A stretch of 64,000 nt of DNA from Azolla caroliniana (lineage: Eukaryota > Plantae > Polypodiophyta), in NCBI GenBank assembly GCA_043228905.1, contig JBHGNT010000007.1:13950001-14014000 (forward strand). The letters are read 5' to 3'. Positions 10,405-21,199 of the stretch are shown piece after piece. How positions within the stretch are numbered: position 1 is the stretch's first letter; each line of letters opens with the position of its first letter. The notes beneath the pieces were generated by a model. That model ran no database searches. It had not been told where the DNA came from and was given only the letters and a program-made list of their open reading frames with translations. The translations under genes and the position numbers were made by a program.

Positions 10405-11146
10405 CCGATTTAATTACATATAAATAAATAAAATAAGAATATCAAGATATTTATCACGTGCATAGGGCAAGATTTGAACCTTGTACCTCCACGTAGCAAA
10501 ACCTCAACTTTACCATTATGCTACCTTATCTTTAGTGTTCTATAAATAGATTTAATAAGTATGATTGCTTTATTTACGCCTACCTTTATTAAAAGGTAAA
10601 TCGTGCATTTTTAGAGTGCGTGAATATTTTATAGAAAAACGCAAGCAACTAAAAAGTGACTCATGCACATCTAGCGTGCATGAGCACTATATTTAGCAAA
10701 TAAAAGCAAGGATTAGAAAAGCATCACATGCACATTTAGTGTGCATGAACATATTAGAAAAAAAGCATGTAGCTATGCTTAGTCTCTCCCATCACTACAT
10801 AAGGATGGGGAGCACAATGTAATAGGCGTGTGAAATATTTGGAAATTGGATATATTTCCGAAAACACCAACCGATTAATATAATCGTGGGATTCACGAAA
10901 ATAATATAATCTATACTTGTGGGATTCACAAGTTTCTTATATCTTTCTTTCAATCTAAATACATATTCTTATCTAAATATTGATTAATCGAATACAATAC
11001 ACTCGTGGGATTCACGAAATTTCTATCTCTCTTTCTAATAATCTATTCATTACTAGCCTCATCTCATATTCTTCTTTCTCCTAGTCCAAAACCTCGGCGG
11101 TTCCCACCCGACTCACGCAAACGATCCGGAGCCGAAAGGCACGACA
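10357..11146 (+). repeat. 3' LTR of the gag-only element
   Basis: Preceded by a PPT; near-identical to 7648-8437. Confidence 0.95.
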
Positions 11147-13983
11147 CCGGTTCTCGTGCTTCCTCTTCCCGGATCCGGGACCTCTCGTAGCTTTCAAACT
11201 GGATCTACGCCTCCAGCCTATTGTCGTCCAGCTGAGCTACAAGTTGCCGGACTTGCCCTAGTTGGTCCTCTGCCAAGGCTTGAAAGTCTTCGGCCAGCTC
11301 ATCTCTTATGCCGGTGAAGTCTTCGGAAGTCAGCATATAGCAATCATCTCCCTCCTTCCGCCGGTTCTCTACGTCGGCCCGGAGCAATTGGAGTTCCGCC
11401 GCGTTCATGGCCCACTTGGTCCACCATTTGACGGAACCGTTGTCAATCAAGCTCTTGGTCTGGTTCAACCAGGCCCGCATGATATCCTGGATGCGACTTG
11501 CTCCCATTTGCGCTCTACTTTCCACAACTTGTCGTTCCTCCTTCAACTGCTTGATGAGATTAGCCGTATCCTCCGCCTGCTCTCTGTAGCGCGTCAGCTG
11601 CCCTTGATATGTTGTCTGCAGCCTCTGCAGTACCTCCGCCGCTCTTTCTTTTTTCGCCTGCTGTTGCCTGAGGAGCTCTGTCTGAACCTTCTCCGCCTCT
11701 TCCAACCGTCTTCTGGTTTCCGCTTGTTCATTAGCGTATGCCGTTGCGGTCCGATCAACTGCTTGCCGGAGCTCATCCGTCCGTTCCTTGTGCTCCGTTT
11801 GCAACCGTTTATACTCTCGGTGCAAGTGCTCAAATTCCTCCGTTTTTTGTTTGAGCTTGTCGTTGATCTGGCGATGGTTCCGGTCCTCCCGGTCCTTTAG
11901 CTACCGGAGTTCCTCTTTCAGGCGTTCTACTTCTATTTCGGCGTTTCTCCGGAGCCTGTCCTTCTCTTGCAGCATTTTCTCCTTTTCCTCCTTGAGCCGG
12001 TCGTACGCTTGGTGGCCTTTTCGTAAGCTCTCCTCGGCCCGCCGTAGATTCTCAGCAGTCTTTTTGAGTTCTACCTCCGCTGTCGTCTTCAACTCTCTTT
12101 CGCGGCTCCTCAGCGCTTCTTGGGCAGCTAGCTCATCCTTTAAGTCCGCAAGCTCTTGGGCTTGTGCCGCATTTCTCTCCGGAACGGTTTCCGTTGCCGG
12201 GGTCTGATTGCTATGTACAGGTTGATCTGACGCTTTATTCTGTACATTGCCCGGAGTCACCGGTGCTTGGACTTGTGTTGTCAATGCCAATTGAGCCATT
12301 TCCCTTGTGACCCTATCCAAGTCTTGTTCAAGGCTCCGGATTCTGGACCGGGCCGTCTCTAGATCTACGGTTGTGACGAGCAACCGTTCGTGGTGCGCTC
12401 TCTCCTCCGCCTCTATGTACTCGACCGCTCTGGCGATCTGCTCGCCTACCCACCGTAGCCACATGCTACTGGTGCCTTGCTGCTGTACTGGTCGGGTCGG
12501 CTTGTTCACTGTGGAATTGTCTGGCCTGAGTGCCTGTATCTGCCGTTCTGGTTCTACTTCTTGGCCGCCGTGTGTGCTGGCTGAGCTCGCCGGCTGTTGA
12601 GTTCCGGTTCTCGCCGTCTCCGGAGCCGTTGGAATGACTTCTTGTCTAGAAGTCGACAAGGCCGGTTCTATACGCACCGGTTCCGGTTCCTCCCTTGTGG
12701 TTTGCTCAGGTTGAGTTGGGGGCGTTTCTTCCTTTTGCGGTTCCGAATGCTCCCCCGCTGTCCCGGCGGTCCTACTTCTTGACCGTCGTTGGAGGTGCTC
12801 TACTGGCTCCTCCGTTTCCTCTTCCTGGGTAACGGCATGTATCTGTGCCGTCAAAGGTTCCGGTTCCTTCTGTCCCGGTCGCCATATGGTTATCTTAACG
12901 GGTCAGACCGGTGACACCTCCTCCGGTTCTGGGAGCCGTTACTTCCCTTTCGTCGCCTTCGACGCCAGCAGCTGCTGTCGTTTGGACGCGGGTTTCGAGG
13001 TGCTTCCTTCCGATAATCTTGGCCGCTTCTTTGGTTGGACGGTCTCGACCGGCGGCGCGAGCAATGTTATCCACTAAGCTACGGCATGCCACAGCTTCCG
13101 GCCCTCCTTGCCGTCCTTTCCTCGTACCGTCTCGATTGCCGCGCACAAACCGTCTGCAATCAACACCGGCCAATCCACCTTGATCCCTTCATAGGTGGCT
13201 ATGATCATCCCTGCCCGATTTTTTGGCATGACAGGGGGTCGGGGGTACACATGGCCGTACTCATGGAGCACTCGAGCTATCTCCCTGAATAGCGGATCTT
13301 CGCCGCCCTGCGTTCGATAGCCTTTGCCGGCTAGAGAGTACTCACCGAAATATCGGATGAGTTGCTCCGAGGTTGGGTTATCAATCTGAAAAATACCTCC
13401 CTCCGGAAGGCCTGTTAGCGCACGGATCGCTTCCTCGGTGATGACTTCTGTGTCGAGCTCCTTGATGACCCGGTCGGCTTCTTTGTGCGGTGGTGCCTCC
13501 ATGATGGTCAAGAACCCATCCAGTCCGTGTTGCCTGAGCCATTTCCTGGCCGCTTCCGACAGCGTTTGTGGTTCCATGTCTGCTTCGAGGTCGAGGAAAG
13601 ATGGCGAGGTAGAGTGGTGATGAGAGTGAGAGCGAGAGAGAGAGCGTTCCGAACGTGGGGGTTCTCTGAGTGCAGGTTCGCGTTTGCTAAGCTTCCACTA
13701 CCTTGGTGCTTCTGTGCTTCTTGGCTCGCGAAAAAAAAAGGTCTCCATGCGTTCTTCTTTTTCTCTGTGCGTCTTGGCGCCTTTTTCGAGCATGCGCATG
13801 TCGTGTACCAATTTAGTATTAAGTAATGTGGCGGCTCTTAAATGCCCACTACGTACCTTTTCGCTCCTTGCTTTCACGTCCGTTCATACCTCGATTTTTA
13901 ATGATATCTTTCTTTTCTTTTTCTTTTTTTTTTCTTTTTTTTTCTTTTTTTTTCTTTTCTTTTTTTAATGACGGTATGTGATC

Positions 13984-16900
13984 TTACACATCCGTAGGTC
14001 CCTTCGGACCCTTACCATTTTCCTTACGGGTTGCCGTGTCTTCCTTCGCCTCTGCTACGGGTTCCCCGTCGTCTTTTTCTTCCATCCGTACCGTTCCCGG
14101 ACAGGTTCCCGGTATAGTGCCGGTGGGCTGCATAAACGGGTTACTTGGCATCGGTCCTTTATAGGGCTTTAGTCTAAATCCGTTGACCCACTTGCCTAGC
14201 ACTTCACCGGCAAGTGTCCCTAACTGATAGGACCCGTTGTATTCCCGTGTCAGCCAATACGGGCCTGTCCATCTAAGCCGGAGTTTACCCGGCATCTTGC
14301 CCATCCTCGTTTGGAATACTAGCACCGGCTTTCCGATTTCGAACATCTTTTCATTACCTTTCCGGTGACGGTCAACGAACGCTTTTCGTCGTCGTTGCTC
14401 CAGTTCCATGTGTAGGATGCTGGCAAGCCGTTGCTCCTCCAGTTCGCATAGTGCTGCTAGCCGCATTTCCTCCGACACCTTTTCATTCAGCCGTTCCCGT
14501 AGTTGGATCCGTAAGCTTGGTACCTGAAATTCCACCGGCATGACCGCCTCTAAGCCGAATGCTAACCGGAACGGCGTTGTCCGGATACTTGTTTTGTATG
14601 CCGTTCGGTACGCCCATAGCGCGCTATGGAGCTTTGGATCCCAGTCCATCCGGTTTTCATTGACGATTTTGCGGAGAATGTTCTGGAGCGTTTTGTTGGT
14701 TGACTCTGCTAACCCGTTTGCTTGTGGGTAGTACGGTGTGCTCCGTTTATGGACCACGGCATAGAACGTTGTTAAGCTTTCAACTACCTGGCCGAGGAAG
14801 TGCCCTCCTTGGTCGCTGATTAATTCAATCGGACATCCATATCGGCACCAAATGTTTTCGTACAGGAATTTTGCTGTGGATGACGCGGTGTTGTCTCTCA
14901 AGGCCTTAGCCTCCACCCATTTAGTGCAATAATCTGTTGCCACGATGACATAACGATTACCCGTTCTCATTGCCGGTGGCTTGAACGGTCCGACAAAATC
15001 CAACCCCCACTTCTGGAATGGCTCTAGTGGAAGTACCGGTTGGTGTGGCATCCGTGCTTGCTCCGTAGGCTGGCCCATTCGTTGGCACAGGTCACATTCC
15101 TTAGCATACTTGACGGCGTCTTTTAACGTCGTGGGCCACCATAAGCCGCTCTGCCATACTTTCCTTGCCGTCGCTTCCCCGGCATAGTGTCCTCCGGCAA
15201 CCCCACAATGTGCTTCCCGTAAAATTACTTGTTTCTCGTCACTACGAACTGCCCGTCTCCATATTCCATCTGCTCCCTTGTGGTAGAGAGTGTCCCGTAA
15301 CAGACAGAAGTTGCGGCTCTGCACCGCCAGTCGTTTCCTCTCGTCCCGGTTCATTTCCTCTGGTGGCAGGCTCGTGCTTAGGAACTGGTGCATGTTTGTC
15401 AGCCACCTATCTTCTGATACCACCGTGTCGTCCGCTGCCGTTTCCGGGGTGATACGGAATAACTCTGCGTCCGGGAATTCATCCGATACTCCGTCGCCTG
15501 ATTCTCCGGACTCTAACCGGCTCAGGTAGTCTGCTACGGCATGCTGGATACCGGGCCGGTGGAAGATCTCGAATTCGAACTCCTGCAACAGCAAGGTCCA
15601 ACGGGCCAACTTACCGGTCAGGGACGCCTTGGACACTAAGTACAGGAGCGCCGAGTGATCCACATGAAAGGAGAACTTCCTTCCCAATAGGTAATGACGA
15701 AACTTTGTTACACTGTAGATCATGCCCAGGGCCTCTCGTTCCGTCGTCGAATAGTTCTTCTCCGCTTGGGACAGCTTCCGACTGGCGTAATATACCGGCC
15801 GGTACCATTTGGGCTCCGTAAGTTGCATTAAGGCGCTGCCGATAGCGATGTCGGAAGCGTCAACGAACACATGAAATTCCTTGCTCCAATCCGGAGGCTG
15901 CACGACGGGTGCTTGCGACAAAAGTACCTTCAAGGCATTGTATGCCTTATCCTCCGTATCCGTCCATTGGAACGGTGTCCGATGTACCGCGGTGTGTAAT
16001 GGTGTAGCCAAGTCAGCCAAGTGACGGAGCATCCGGCTGTGCCACCGGATCTGTCCTAAGAATCGGCTTAGTGCTTTGGCCGTTTTCGGCGCCGGTGCCC
16101 CTAGTATCGCGTTTACTTTGTCCAGGTCGACCGCAATGCCTTCCTTACTTACAATGTGTCCCAGTAATATTCCACTTGAAACCCCAAAGATGCATTTTGC
16201 TGGGTTTAAGCTTAGCCGGTATAACCTACACTTTTCAAGGCATAACCGTAGGTGCTGCAAATGGTCTTTTTCCCGGCTATAGACTGCAAAGTCATCCAGG
16301 AAAACCTGCATGAAGGCTGGGATGTATTCGCCGAAGATCTCCATGATGATTCGCTGGAAAGTTGCTGGTGCCGTTTTTAGTCCAAACATCATTACTTCGG
16401 CCACAAACACCCCCCATTCGGTGACGAATGCTGTCTTCTCCTGGTCATCAGGGTGCATCCGGATTTGATTGTATCCGCTGAACCCGTCTAAAAAGCTATA
16501 AACTTCATGGCCGGCGACGGCATCCAGTACTCCATCCGTAAACGGAAGAGGGAATGCATCCGTAATTGTGGCTGCATTTAGTTTCCTGTAATCTACACAC
16601 ACGCGGATTTTACCGTTCTTCTTTGGGACGACGACGATGGGGCTCAGCCACGTCGCTTTCTTTACCGGCCGGATGAAGCCCACTCTTAGGAGTTTGTCGA
16701 TTTCCTCCTTCACTTTGGCGGCGTAGTTGGGGTTCATTCGGTAACGTCTTTGCGCCACTGGTTTCGCGTCCTTGCCTAAGTGGATCTGATGCTGATATAA
16801 TTGAGGGTCCAGCCCTTGCATGTCTTCGTATGACCAGGCGAATACGTCGCGAAACTCCGTGAGAAGTTTGATCATCGCCGCTTTATCTTCCGGCTTCATC

Positions 16901-19154
16901 TCTTTGGCGATGTGTACCGGCTTTGATTCATCCTTGCTTCCTAGGTTCACTTCGTCGAGCTGGGATGTTTTTACCCGTTGGGAAACGGCCATTTCCCGTT
17001 CCAACGCTTCTTGTGCTTGCCGTAATTCCCGAATCGAATCTTTGTCTGGTTCGGCTTCGGTTTCGTCCCGCTGCGGCAAGTATGGCGCTACGGCTTCCGC
17101 TATGTCAATCTCGAAGAGTGGTACGATCTTCGGGTGTTCCTCCAAGTACTGGGCTTCTTCGTCGTCTGCCAACCCTTCAAGCATGTTCACGCATTCCGCA
17201 TACAGCAGTGTGCATTCCTTACCGTTGCTCGTCCGTGGTTGTGTCGGTACCCGGACCTTGGCTTTTCCGCGCCGGAAGGTAATCATATTTTTCTGCCAAT
17301 TTTGCTTGATGTGTGCTGTTTTCAACCATGGTCTGCCCAGCAACAGTGGGTACGCGCCTTGCGCCTGTAGCTGCAGCACTACAGCCGAGATGTGAAATGT
17401 GTGACCTCCTATGGTGACCTCCAATTTCCGTATTAAGCCCGTCGGCCGTACAGAGCTCGTATCCGCCATCCGTAGCCAGAACGGACATGGCTCCCATTCA
17501 TGTATACCCAAGGCATCACACGTGCGGAGGCTTATTACGTTCACCCCGGAACCTCCATCGATTACTGTGCCAAGAAGTTCGTGCCCTTTGACAATAGCTG
17601 TAATCACCGGACTACTAGTGTCCACCACCGTCGGTCCCTCCTCCGGATTCGAGAAGAGGACTGGTGCCGGTGGGGCTATACCGTCTGTCATGACCGTTTT
17701 TAGTCCTTCCGTAAATCGCGGCACGAGCTGCAAGAGTCTTCGTAATGGCAACGTGATCTGACATTCTTGCAGTGCTTGCCATGTCTCGTTTTCTGCGTGG
17801 CTACCGCCGGCACTCCCTATGGTATTCGCCTTTTGCCGTTCCGCGTTCGCGACGTTCCTTTCATTGGCTTCCTTCACCCATTCCGTCGCCTGTTTTCGTA
17901 TGGCCTCTTGTGTTTCCCACTCTTTGGCCATGCCTTTCGACCGTGTGGTTACTTGCTGTACATCCGCCACTTCCGGAACCACCATATTAACTGCTGGTCG
18001 TTTATCGTAGCTCTTTGCCGGGCACTGGTTACTGTAGTGGCCTTCCTGCCTGCAGTAGTAGCAGTACTCTTTACGGGTATTGTTGGATTCAGCATTGCTG
18101 GTAGCCGGAGTCGGTCCCGTAGTGAGTGGTGCGCTCTGTGCCGGTTGGCTCCTTGGGGTTCCATGTTCCGGGTCCCTAGGGTGACCACCTTTCTTGAAAT
18201 TACGTTTCTTATTATTCTTATTTTTATTTCGGTAGTCCTGTCGTGGTGGATCGTAAAATCGGCCGTAGTCCTCCTGGTGCCTTCGGTAACCAGGGGAATG
18301 GTCTCTGTCGTATTGCTCGTGTCGTCTGTTGGACTCCCGGTAATGGTCCGATCGCTCATACCGGTCGTAGTTATCATGCCGATCCCCGTACCGGCCATCA
18401 ATCTCTTGTCTGTCTCCGTACCGGACATCCTGTGCCGGTCGGTACCGGTTCATTCTTTGCCAACGATCTTCATCTTTGTCTCGGCTGCTTCTTGGCTCGA
18501 TCCGTCGGACGGGTGGTGCTTGTCGGTTTAGTAGGTTATACTCGCACCGGTCCGTTGTATGACTCTTGGATTGACAAATCACACACTGGATTCGCATGGT
18601 GCATTCCACTGCCGAGTGTCCGGCATTCAAGCAGATTGTGCATTGAATTGCCTGCCGGAACCGGAGATCTTCATCTGTGGGTAACGCCCGTTGCAGTGCT
18701 CCCAGTGTAAGCCATGAGCTTGACTTTTCCATTTCTCTGACCCGGTCAATGACCTGGTCAATGGTGCTTCCTCGAAAGTCGATCACCGTACACACCGTGC
18801 GTAACGGTTCCCAGAGTGCGTTTAAAAATATCGTCCGTAATTCCTCCTCCGGGGGTGCACGGGCAAGCTGGCTATGCATTCGTTGGAAACGGATGACGAA
18901 TTGGGGAATGCTTTCCCCTGCCTCCTGTCGGATCGTATAAAACAGGCCCACCATTGTCGTCTGGTCGACCTCCTTGTGGAAAAATGCAAGAATTTTGCTT
19001 TTAATTCTGCAAAGGTTGTGATGGTCGTCGGGTCCTGCGTCCACCGCCATCGTGCCGCTGGTCCTTCCAACGTGACCCCGAATTCCGCTATCTTCGAGCG
19101 TTCTTCTTCCTCCGGTGTCAGTCGCTGGGACGCGTGATTTGCTTCCCATGTCAA
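13984..19154 (-). CDS. Ty3/gypsy Gag-Pol polyprotein (Gag, three zinc knuckles, protease, RT, RNase H, integrase); N-terminus truncated and frameshifted near 19040
   Basis: 1725-aa ORF: CTICLNAGHSAVEC, CVICQSKSHTTDRC, CYYCRQEGHYSNQC; VIDGGSG; CVDYRKLN, VFLDDF; FVDASD, EREALG; HHCC, WGLDFVGP, SDQG, NGLAESTN, WTGPY. The gag start continues in the frame of ORF 18822-19154. Confidence 0.95.
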
Positions 19155-20907
19155 ATGACATGTTAGTTTCTACAATCTTATGTCATATTACATACATCTT
19201 TAAAAAATGCCCTATCGAAAAGCTTTGATACTAACCCATCAAATTTAGGCCCTACTTAGAAGTTCTTTAAGGAAGGCACAAATACCCATGACAAACTCCC
19301 CCATCAATCGACATTCTAAGTGTGGTGGCTCTCATCCCAAACATACATCAACTAATTTCCTAAAAAGTGACAATGTAATTATGTATAAGCACATTAGCCC
19401 ATGATGTGGTCACTTACTAGACAAAGCACACAAGTGGTGGAGTGTTAGGCCACGGGTGTAGGGTTATGGACCAAAGCGTGTCACATTTAAGAGTGTGTGT
19501 GGTGATGTTGATCGTCCAAAGTGAATGTAGAATCACTACTTTCAAACGACGTCCATTACAATTTACACTCATCTATAATAGTAACGACAATTCATTGTGG
19601 TCACCAAATGGTATCTCTTCCTCATCTTGTTGGTGCTTAACACGTAAATTAGTAGCTTCTGCCCCAAGGCAACCTAACAAGTAGGTAGCTAGTCGTAGTT
19701 AATCTACAATAACAGATACGTCATTCCACAACTTACTATGAGACATGAAGACACATCCATTCTTTTTGAGGATTTTGACCATTCTCTCCGAGTCATAGGT
19801 TTCCACAACCTTTATATGTTAGACATGTTTTTACTAGAGTTTGTATAGTTAACTATTATAATTCGAGGATAGGTAGATAGATAGATAGCATGTATGTCGA
19901 GGGTTGTCTTGTCTTGCACGGACGCTTATCTTGTAACATTTGTTCAACATCACATTACAACGAGTTTGAAAGAGGATGTCAAAAAAGGAAAGGGGACCTC
20001 GGTGGCCATGGGAGAGAAATGGATGTAGACATAGAATGTAATATTCGTGTTCGTGCAAGCATTCAAACGTTTGAAAAGGGAAAAATACGTGCTACTTTTT
20101 TTCCTCTTTTCTTCATTAATTGTTATTGCAAATTCAACTCACCTTAGCGGTAAGGAGTCAAGTCTTAGCTTTCTCATTTCCTCTTGTTAGTGTCATGGCA
20201 AAATTTTATGTTACTCATGTTCTTTTTTCTTTCTTTCATTGTTATTAGAAATTAGATCACCCTAGTGGTAAGTTGTTAGGCTACTATTGCCTATGTCATG
20301 GCAAATTTTTATGTTAGTGTCATGTTCCTTTTTCTTTCTTTCTTTCTTTCTTTGTTATTAGAAATTAGGTCACCCTAGTGGTAAGTTGTTATGCTACTAC
20401 TACTGCCTATATAATGTTTTCTGCATATTCTCGAATATACGTTTAATGAGTTTTTGAATGTTTGATTATAATTTATAATGACATATTTTGATTCAATCTC
20501 TATAGTTCATACTCATTTTTTTGTAAAGTTCTAAAGTGAGGATGATAGAGATGTCTTGATTCTTAAGAAGCATCCCAAAAGTATGCATGTGAGACAATGC
20601 AAATATTGCAACCATACTTATGTTGGTGGTTCACAATGGATTAGAGTCCACTTATTGGGATTGAGAGTGAATCAATATATAATATAAGACCATAGTCAAT
20701 CCAATCCAACTTTGAGATGATTTACCATACACGTTTGATTGAATCGTTCTCGAATGCGAATGCATGTATGATACGTATGGTTCATTCTATGGATCATGGA
20801 GTCATGGAGACCACACTTGGCTCGGCTTGGCTTGACTTGACTTGGACCAAAAGTCATGGAGCTTTGGAAGTACATATGTAGATGGTCGGAGGAGGCAAAT
20901 GGATGCA

Positions 20908-20985
20908 CAGAGAGAGAGAGAGAGAGCCTCTCCCCTGCCTCCTCCTCCTCATGGGTCTTACGAGTCTCACGCGCACGTGCTAAAC

Positions 20986-21030
<45 letters not shown>

Positions 21031-21129
21031 AATCCTGAGGTAGACATTTCTCCTGCTCCGCCCCTTCTCCTTCTCCTTCTCCTCCTCTTCCATTTCTTCC
21101 TTTCTCCACTGTCTTTCTTCTTCTGTGCA

Positions 21130-21167
<38 letters not shown>

Positions 21168-21180
21168 TTCTCTCTCTCTT
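20908..21180. repeat. Microsatellite cluster in the NAT promoter/5' UTR: (AG)n, (TC)n ~20991-21028, (TAC)n ~21130-21166
   Basis: Visible simple repeats upstream of ATG 21200. Confidence 0.9.
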
Positions 21181-21199
21181 CTGTTTCTCCTCTGCTTCC

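Larger units (their letters stand above)
7648..11146 (+). mobile_element. Young non-autonomous gag-only LTR retrotransposon (3.5 kb), tRNA-Trp primed
   Basis: 790-bp LTRs TGTCGT...ACGACA with about 5 differences by eye; PBS 8442-8459; PPT GGAGGGGGCGAG 10345-10356; 4-bp TSD CCGG at 7644-7647 and 11147-11150; no pol. Confidence 0.92.
7405..13577 (-). pseudogene. Extra 3' ORF of the Athila-like element (~889 aa after removing the nested insertion): transposon-associated N-terminal domain, basic NLS-like patch, long coiled coil, acidic Q/P-rich tail
   Basis: ORFs 13074-13577, 11901-12854 and 11205-11825 share one frame. Excising 7648-11146 and one CCGG gives 2670 nt ending LEQSILDNLGEQ*. Four internal TAG/TAA stops. 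Confidence 0.8.
6934..19147 (-). mobile_element. Athila-like (OTA clade) Ty3/gypsy LTR retrotransposon, 5'-truncated, with extra 3' ORF and one LTR; hosts the nested element 7648-11146
   Basis: Long gag-pol ORF in PR-RT-RH-INT order, RT VFLDDF, DEFPDAELF after RNase H, no second RNase H, second ORF downstream, LTR at 6934-7352. Confidence 0.9.

Noticed and set aside
14540-19137. Numerous + strand ORFs overlapping gag-pol
   Set aside because: Antisense shadows of a GC-rich coding strand with no recognisable motifs.
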